DNA from: an uncultured Rickettsiales bacterium | GTDB taxonomy: Bacteria; Pseudomonadota; Alphaproteobacteria; Rickettsiales; CANDYO01 | Assembly (NCBI GenBank): GCA_964550685.1 | Contig: CAZJZY010000009.1 | Span: forward strand, 1,181-65,180 | Direction of reading: 5' to 3' | DNA length: 64,000 nucleotides | Shown here: positions 55,001-61,095 of the stretch, piece by piece | How the letters are laid out: each line of letters opens with the position of its first letter | Numbering within the stretch: position 1 is the first letter of the stretch | Program-made: the position numbers and the translations under genes | The notes under the pieces: model-generated | What the model saw: only the letters and a program-made list of their open reading frames with translations | Told to the model about the DNA's origin: nothing | Databases searched by the model: none

Positions 55001-57196
55001 TGTAAGATCATTCTCGCAATCTAGTAATAAAGTCCCAGAAAGTTTAATAGACATTACTTTCTGTAAGTGAATTATTCTAGCTTTAATACCAAGATTAGCT
55101 CCAGTAATCAATTTAGGTAAATATACTTGGTCAGCTATTATAAGCTTAGCGCTACTTTGTGAATTAGTTTCTTTAATTATAAGTTTTTCTGCATATACTG
55201 ATAGAATGTTGACATTAAAATCAGACAATAACGTAACCTGACTTACTGGTTCTATTTTACCATTAATCCAATGACCTTTTATCCATAAATCGCCATCAGA
55301 CCAAATATCTAATCTTTCAGGATAGGACGGATATGGCCTTGCATCCCATGTCCATAGAAACATATTTTGCACTATTTCACTCTTGCTTTGCCAATATTCT
55401 AAAGTGGCACGAATAGCGCGCATTTGAATAGCAAAATTAACACTTTCACTTGAGTACTTAGGGGCACCTCCGTCTTTAGCCTCAGGATTCCAGAAAACAT
55501 TAGGTTGATTTGTAGCCATACTGATTGATGGGAAACCAAATTCTGTGAACCATATGGGTTTCATTTTTGGTTCCCATAAACTTTGTATACCACTTCTTGT
55601 ATGGTTATTGCTCCACCAATGTTCTATTTGTTTTAAGCCCCATTCAGGAGCAAGGGCTTTGTTGCGGCCGTTTCCATCATAATAAAAATCCCATAATTCT
55701 CCAGATTCCCAGCCTAGTTTGATATCCTCAAAATATATATTTCCTTTTGTCTTATTTGTAAGGGGAAAATAAGCATCTATGCCAACTACATCTATATAAT
55801 CAGACGCCCATAGAGGATCAAGGTGATAGAATCCTTCTTCGTGATGATGGTATTCTGACCAGTCCGCCGCATAGGTAACAATAACTTCTTTACCAAGTAT
55901 AGATTTGACTTGTTTTGCTAATTCTATTAGCTCCACTACCACTGGGTACCGTTTTACGTCAGGATATTGGAACCTTACATCTATTACTGAAGTTAGTTCT
56001 TTGAATTCAGAACCAATAACAAAGGCGTCGATCTTTCCCTTTAATAAATTAGCGTAATGTATAATAAATTTATTATACCCAGTATCACTAACAAAAAATT
56101 CATGGATTTTACTAACATTATTACAAAAAATATGTCCACGCCACGGCTTTTTAGGTGAGTCCATGAGGACCATGGGGTAAAGCATTATCTTGTAACCATT
56201 ATCATGAAGACTATCAATATAGCGCTCTAAACTTTCATCGTTGATTGTTCCTCCATAATTAGGTCTACCTTTTTTATCAACAGATATTAAATGTGCCTTT
56301 GCTCTATCATATTGAGCTACATGCCAATTATCTAGTATTTTTTTGTCTCTGTGTTCCACAGCAGGTAAGATATCTATGTTTTCCATGTCTAGTTGTGATA
56401 TATCATATGGTCGTTGGCAAGCACTTCTTTTGTGAGCAAAATCACACACTACTTTCTGTTTATTTACACCAAACCATGATACCACAGGCGCTACCCATTT
56501 AACGTTAGGGCAGCTTTTTTTCAAAGATTTTATATTATAAAGAGTATCTGCGATATGTTCTGGATTATTTGCATTCATTGCTTTGCCAGTATCTGCAAAA
56601 ATTCTTTTCTCTTCTTCTAAAGGGGTTAGAATAGTTTTAGTTACGCCGTTCTTTGAGCCTAAAGGTCCACCTTCAACTATATAGGTTATTTCTTTAACCA
56701 TCTTATGTTCATAAAAATTATGAATCTTAGTATCGTAAACATACTCTCCAGAACCTGGAATAATATTCACCCCCTGAAGCATTTTTTGTACTGACAACAT
56801 GTCATCTGAGGGTAAGATGCTAATTTCCGCTCGCTTTGTTACTGCAGGCAAAGAAGTTGTAATAGCTTCTGAGCTTTGAATGGTAAAGTATTCCACTTCC
56901 AAAGCAGGTTGTTTTGTCAATGCTACGTTTATTAAGTTAAGTGTTGTAATATGTAAAGTAGAAAAGTGATTTACTATTTCAATATTACATTGACTTAAGG
57001 ATATTATATCAACGGTTTTTAAATTTAATCCAGATCCTTCAATAAAGAATATATCAAGTAATATTGTTGTAGCAGAATCGGCATTAACTATATTAATCAC
57101 GACTTCTGTATCTGTAATATTATTTAAATTTAGAGGAATAGTAGCAACCTGATTTAAAATATAATCACTAACTTCGAGGTCTATGGTAGTGCTCAT
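52010..57196 (-). CDS. 1728-aa chimeric exoprotein-like protein: GTA-type TIM-barrel (glycosidase-like) domain, CdiA/FhaB-like filament, and a unique C-terminal domain
   Basis: aa ~145-650 carry GSGEYVY, YGGT, KKPWRGHI, GYNKFIIHYANL, AFVIGSEF, VGIDAYFPL, KPIWFTEFGFPS, WTWDARPYP and GHWINGK. aa ~660-1410 are beta-helix-like repeats ending in KQDTSSQSGKAFSASIGVS...AYSEI...RSGLFG...LEGAYLDS...TATLKD...AGFGV. The last ~310 aa are unrelated to either part. Confidence 0.85.
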   Translation of the reverse strand: MSTTIDLEVSDYILNQVATIPLNLNNITDTEVVINIVNADSATTILLDIFFIEGSGLNLKTVDIISLSQCNIEIVNHFSTLHITTLNLINVALTKQPALEVEYFTIQSSEAITTSLPAVTKRAEISILPSDDMLSVQKMLQGVNIIPGSGEYVYDTKIHNFYEHKMVKEITYIVEGGPLGSKNGVTKTILTPLEEEKRIFADTGKAMNANNPEHIADTLYNIKSLKKSCPNVKWVAPVVSWFGVNKQKVVCDFAHKRSACQRPYDISQLDMENIDILPAVEHRDKKILDNWHVAQYDRAKAHLISVDKKGRPNYGGTINDESLERYIDSLHDNGYKIMLYPMVLMDSPKKPWRGHIFCNNVSKIHEFFVSDTGYNKFIIHYANLLKGKIDAFVIGSEFKELTSVIDVRFQYPDVKRYPVVVELIELAKQVKSILGKEVIVTYAADWSEYHHHEEGFYHLDPLWASDYIDVVGIDAYFPLTNKTKGNIYFEDIKLGWESGELWDFYYDGNGRNKALAPEWGLKQIEHWWSNNHTRSGIQSLWEPKMKPIWFTEFGFPSISMATNQPNVFWNPEAKDGGAPKYSSESVNFAIQMRAIRATLEYWQSKSEIVQNMFLWTWDARPYPSYPERLDIWSDGDLWIKGHWINGKIEPVSQVTLLSDFNVNILSVYAEKLIIKETNSQSSAKLIIADQVYLPKLITGANLGIKARIIHLQKVMSIKLSGTLLLDCENDLTFASEKTSTTRNEDIARTKNNYYDECIEQPIIKTNQLIIKAPNLRLESTEIFSKNIIMQLKNLELVSEKATHIRNWEWIGKPNWRGKSSHEWGSKTGEQAYITVIRSENISLELEGKLYARGAFIETQTFNGYANQYTFEALALTSEEQKTNSNKRNFLSFKPPKISKAYDSDDYFHGATLIIADKGYAFSENEILFSGSYLMGEDMELEAKSITFKAAIGKHFSAFEVKEQGMRFFASSKSGELVLGVSDYYKYVKSENYFEKAFYAGAFVNKLKIKTDKLVLSGGILAGKNISINAKEIVNESPMLIGFYQQTQIDIEYGIKIGFQESIRSTIDSMKAISNNVGGSNPALTSAINFVSNGRKAIMQATNIANGNGVQGGVWAFGEASISHMSVFKKWGLSNIINADNFEVNGTSWHMEGLDLTAKNCTINVKEIIAHFTYDEEMVKSNNGDASGQIGLIGGVSSGGTINYNGAKIHDIRQHTNHITVSGAFNLNADKVEGGLTIEANELSAIVDVLKLVSKQDTSSQSGKAFSASIGVSKGKLTSGSIYGQKNGAYSEITRDGRSGLFGKNMLLVKSSELIYLEGAYLDSSNGNLKVEAASIKTATLKDKSTSWGAGFGVDSGNAAFGVGTRITGGEKDQKRDVPGAVGNGVIIIGDQEIDEAMSVFLGISRKTNLEELKGSNWYLDATFRRVNSDEFAKAWSGGPSGIAERIVGNIEGSIGDVLESIDSLLKAGGEILKIDQVDDLQKTKNNEDIISPDGIPEKEKQKEQDKNLQKSKLPDHLMELYNEVEERTEAMELSDADKNYILNRMYNNLKKISSDEDQDFKFLTDIFAFRDKPNIWYLENLSPNEDETIRNARFDKEWKEHKMNAKKEIEIEENLPEYKAKMEQERLNSEEMIKSWKEKNKPKGFIKTLLTHPVSACIFDKVVGDEVEAVSEMIITDAVLATRDPRIIVPTYGAIIAYKAATAVHERYKCISDIYKYYVVDEQNNENK

Positions 57197-57294
57197 ATTT
57201 TGTAACTCTCCTATATCAATTAAATAGAAGCTTCTTGTAACTTAAGAAAGTCAAAGTGTTTTTCTTATTTTATTACATTCTTATTGAATTTGTT

Positions 57295-58737
57295 CTAAAG
57301 CTCATTTGCTTGATCATCGATTTCTCCTATAACCTCAGTTTCAACCATAACTTTACCAATTTTCCCATTAACCATATGGCTAAATGACCATTTATTACAG
57401 TCAAACCAAACATTACATTTGTTAGGAAAATCTGGATATGGCCTTGCATCCCATCCTTTTAAATAATGTCTAGGGATTAAATTTGGATAGTTAGGCAATT
57501 TATTTATTTTTTCTAGGAAGTATTCAGTAGCGGCAATTGCAAGTGATTGCGCAGCTATGTTGCTGTTTTCTGTCCCTTCTTGATGAGGAGCTTTGGTGGT
57601 TCCATCCACAGATGCAAAACCATATTCAGTAAACCAAATAGGTTTTAATTTAGGGCTCCATTCAGTCGTAGAGCCGTTGGGGTTGTAGTGTGTGCTATCC
57701 CACCAATATGCAAAATTTTTCCAAGCCCAAGTTTCTTCTTCGAACTCAACTTTATTGTTGCCAGATTTATAGTAATCATAGCCTTCTCCACTAAAAAAAC
57801 CACGTGCTATTTTTGCAAAAGTAATTTGGTCTTGCGGTAAATCACTCAGTGGAAAATAAGCACTTATGCCAACAGCATCAATATTAGAGTCACTCCAAAG
57901 TGAATCTAGGTTATAAAATCCTTCTGCTGTATGATGATATTCATCTCCCCAGTTAGCGCTGTATGTAAGTTTTACCTCTTGACCAACAATTTGCTTAACT
58001 TCGGCCGCCAGCTTTTTTAATTGTTCTACGCCTGGAAATCTGAGCATTTTAGGGTCTTCTGAAACGGTCACGCTAGCGGAGGTAAGACCTTTAAGCTCAT
58101 GGCCAATGACAAAACTGTCAATTAGATTTTTTAGCTTTATACCGTTATGTTCAAGATTAGCATAGTGAATAATAAATTTATTATAACCACGATCTCCTTT
58201 AAAAAAATGATTTATTTCGTCTGTGGTTCTATCTTTATTGCTTGGTTTTATATCGCCATGCCATGGTTTTTTTAGGCTGTTATCATCCACCATAATTAGA
58301 GGAGTTAGAGTAATTTTATAGTTTTTATTTTTAAGAAATTCACATAACTCAACTATACTTCCATCAGTTGGAGTACCGCCATAGGTGATTTTGCCGTCAC
58401 TAAAACGTAAAACCTCTTCTGCATTTTCTCTAGTGTAATCCGAAACTTTCCAATCAAGAGGGTTTTTTTTATTCTCAATCTTAGGTATAATGCGCGCTAT
58501 ACCCGCATCGACTGACGTAGCAAACCAACATATTCTAATTGCAATATACCTTAAGTTAGGCATTACTTCTTTAAGTTGCTCAAGGGATAATAAAACGTCT
58601 GGTATCTTTTTATCGTTATGAATGTTGGCAGCAACATTATCATTGTATAAAATGGGCTTTATCTCATAAAGATATTCTCCCATACCAAACTCTAGGGTAA
58701 TCGCTTGAATAGAATGGGCTGGATTAGTTGTTGTCAT
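57295..58737 (-). CDS. GTA-type TIM-barrel domain protein (480 aa), paralog of the head of the giant ORF
   Basis: GMGEYLYE, YGGTPTDGS, KKPWHGDI, GYNKFIIHYANL, SFVIGHELKGLTS, VGISAYFPL, KPIWFTEYGFAS, GWDARPYPDFP and SHMVNGKI are collinear with aa ~145-650 of the 1728-aa protein. Confidence 0.85.
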   Translation of the reverse strand: MTTTNPAHSIQAITLEFGMGEYLYEIKPILYNDNVAANIHNDKKIPDVLLSLEQLKEVMPNLRYIAIRICWFATSVDAGIARIIPKIENKKNPLDWKVSDYTRENAEEVLRFSDGKITYGGTPTDGSIVELCEFLKNKNYKITLTPLIMVDDNSLKKPWHGDIKPSNKDRTTDEINHFFKGDRGYNKFIIHYANLEHNGIKLKNLIDSFVIGHELKGLTSASVTVSEDPKMLRFPGVEQLKKLAAEVKQIVGQEVKLTYSANWGDEYHHTAEGFYNLDSLWSDSNIDAVGISAYFPLSDLPQDQITFAKIARGFFSGEGYDYYKSGNNKVEFEEETWAWKNFAYWWDSTHYNPNGSTTEWSPKLKPIWFTEYGFASVDGTTKAPHQEGTENSNIAAQSLAIAATEYFLEKINKLPNYPNLIPRHYLKGWDARPYPDFPNKCNVWFDCNKWSFSHMVNGKIGKVMVETEVIGEIDDQANEL

Positions 58738-59439
58738 TTTTTATCTCCAAACAAAAAAAATAAACAAAGATCTATTGTTAGTAGTAAATAATAGAGGTAT
58801 GTAAACAAAATTATTAAAAAATACTTCGCCCATATAATAGCGTTTAGCTTTTACTGAGGCATGAAGTTTATTTAGATGATTGTGATAAAGGTCAACAAAT
58901 GGAAATATAGAATCTTTCTCCAGATAAATTTTTAAAACTATGGTAATCACTGCGCACAAAAGCCATTAAAATCTTAGAAAAATACCTTTAATCATTTTAG
59001 GCAATTCTACTGGCATCCATTTATTAACACTCATTTATCTATTCTTATAGTGGAAATATGAAACAAAATTGATTTTTATGGTCTTTTGGTAGGTTATAAT
59101 AAAAAAATTAGAGTTACAATATATTTTTTATTAAGATAGTTTAATTATAAAAACATTGCATTTTTGGAAAGTATCCGCACTTCTAGCCGAGATATTTTCA
59201 TATTTTGCGAATGATAAATGTTATAATGTACTTACCTTAGATTAAACATAAAAGATAGTAATTCATCAAATCGATTATTATTGAAAAGATTTCTAATAAA
59301 ACAAATCACAGCATTTTTTGCTAGGCTCTTTGTATGAAATTGACACAACCACACTAAGCCTTAAGAAATCCAGCCATTGAGATTAGGATCTTTATCAAAT
59401 CTTGAAAAGAGACGCCTAAAATGCTTGAAATTTCATAAC

Positions 59440-60870
59440 TTAAGATAGTTTACTTACGCCATGCGGAGTTTTATCCCAATAGAATGGCCGTTTGAATATT
59501 TCTAATGCGGCTCTTACAGCGGAAACTGAAAGAAGCAAGTAATATAAGGGAGTTACAAAAACTATAGAATTAAAGTTAGGCCATTTATTGGTATAAATAA
59601 TGAGTAAGCTATAACCTATAGGTAAGGCAGTACCTAGACAAATATTCAGCTGCCATAATAAATTTAGTTGGTAATTATCCGTAAAAAAATGAAGAGCTAT
59701 ATAAATTGGTAAAAGAGGATAAGCAATATTAGGTAGGAATAGTGTCAGATACAGGCCTAACTTTTCTTTTAAGGATAAATTATTGTTTTTCTTAAGATGA
59801 AGTATACTAGTTAATATATGTCCCTTGATCCATCTTGACCTCTGAACTATCCAACAACGTAAATGTATTGGAGCTTCTTCCAAAGTGGAGCTATTGATTA
59901 GTTCAGTACGGTAACCATGTTGATATATCCGAATTCCTAAATCAGCATCCTCAGTAACATTAAAGGCATCCCAACCACCTAAATCTTCTAGCTGCTCTTT
60001 GATAAAGTGATTGCTTGTGCCTCCTAAAGGAATAGGCATGCCAAGTTTATGTAGTCCAACCAAAATATAACCGAACAATAACGCATAATCTAAAGCAAAA
60101 AGCTTGGTTAGTATATTCTCTTTTTGGTTATAGAATCCTAGCTTTGCCTGGATGCATATCACTTCTTTCTCTGCGTTAGCAAACTTAGCCACTACTTGTT
60201 TTAATTGCTGTGGATGAGGTCTGTCTTCGGCATCAAAAATAGTGATGTATTTTCCTTTCGCGGACTGTAAAGCATAGTTACAAGCTTTGGGTTTAGTGCG
60301 TGGATGAGAAATAGGTATTTTGACTACCTCAATATATTTAGGTAAACTTACCTTCTTAACTGCTTGTAAAGTTTGAATATCATCTGCTTCAATTAGCAAC
60401 TTTACGTCAAGAAGATTAGATGGATAATCTATCTGTTTAATAGATTCGATTAGGCTTTCTAATACTTTATCCTCGTGGTATAGAGGTAATAATATGCTGT
60501 AAACTGGCAATTCATCAGGAATTTTTAGTCTTTTTTCTTTTTTGTTGTTGTTCGCTCCAATAACAATTAAAGCTAGTTTAAACAGTTGCACTGTAAGGTA
60601 CAAAATACTTAAGAGAGTAAACACACTTATCATGCTGGTTTTAGGAAATGTAATAATCGTTGCTAATACCAGCGCTATAGTTGCATAAATAGCAATTCTA
60701 GAAATGCTCCTAATATTGCTGAGTTTTTCTAGAAATAGTCTCATTGAATACTCTGGATATTTTTCTTCTAACCCATGAATTGACTTATGTAAGTTACTTT
60801 GTTCTGTGTTTTTACCCATCACGTTATTAGTGTCACCCTCTATATATAAATTAAATTTGGAATAAATCAA
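59440..60870 (-). CDS. processive family-2 glycosyltransferase (membrane-embedded synthase type)
   Basis: ITIFDAEDRP (D,D), NVTEDADLGIRIYQHGYR (TED) and VQRSRWIKG (QxxRW). Two N-terminal and at least three C-terminal TM segments. The track start is TTG; ATG 60819 (MGKNTEQ) is an alternative. Confidence 0.85.
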   Translation of the reverse strand: MIYSKFNLYIEGDTNNVMGKNTEQSNLHKSIHGLEEKYPEYSMRLFLEKLSNIRSISRIAIYATIALVLATIITFPKTSMISVFTLLSILYLTVQLFKLALIVIGANNNKKEKRLKIPDELPVYSILLPLYHEDKVLESLIESIKQIDYPSNLLDVKLLIEADDIQTLQAVKKVSLPKYIEVVKIPISHPRTKPKACNYALQSAKGKYITIFDAEDRPHPQQLKQVVAKFANAEKEVICIQAKLGFYNQKENILTKLFALDYALLFGYILVGLHKLGMPIPLGGTSNHFIKEQLEDLGGWDAFNVTEDADLGIRIYQHGYRTELINSSTLEEAPIHLRCWIVQRSRWIKGHILTSILHLKKNNNLSLKEKLGLYLTLFLPNIAYPLLPIYIALHFFTDNYQLNLLWQLNICLGTALPIGYSLLIIYTNKWPNFNSIVFVTPLYYLLLSVSAVRAALEIFKRPFYWDKTPHGVSKLS

Positions 60871-61063
60871 TCTACCTAATTCTAACTAAAATATCAATTA
60901 CTTCTTGAGGTAGTCCTGTTCGCGCAAGTAATTGAATGGACGCCTAGGTTAGCCTAACTTTTACTTAGTTCGTTAAAGTTAGGCCAAATTAGGCAATAGG
61001 TTGACTGATAATACTAGTGAATAACTTTTATCGATTAGGATCAGTATGTCATACTAACTTTAA

Positions 61064-61095
61064 TAGGGTGATAAACAACTGTACTAATCATGCTA
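61064..61095. repeat. degenerate copy B of the 51472-type hairpin repeat
   Basis: TAGGGTGAT, a 4-nt insertion, AACTGTACTAATCA, then TG in place of CC, then CTATT. It overlaps the stop codon of the protease gene. Confidence 0.6.

Noticed and set aside
52028-56502. Plus-strand ORFs inside the 1728-aa gene (52028.., 52173.., 52836.., 53049.., 53724.., 56293..)
   Set aside because: They are antisense shadows of a continuous 5.2-kb reading frame with strong family motifs.
58741-58959. 72-aa minus-strand ORF upstream of the 480-aa gene
   Set aside because: No RBS and a hydrophobic, odd composition. It abuts the start of the TIM-barrel gene and is probably promoter or leader DNA.
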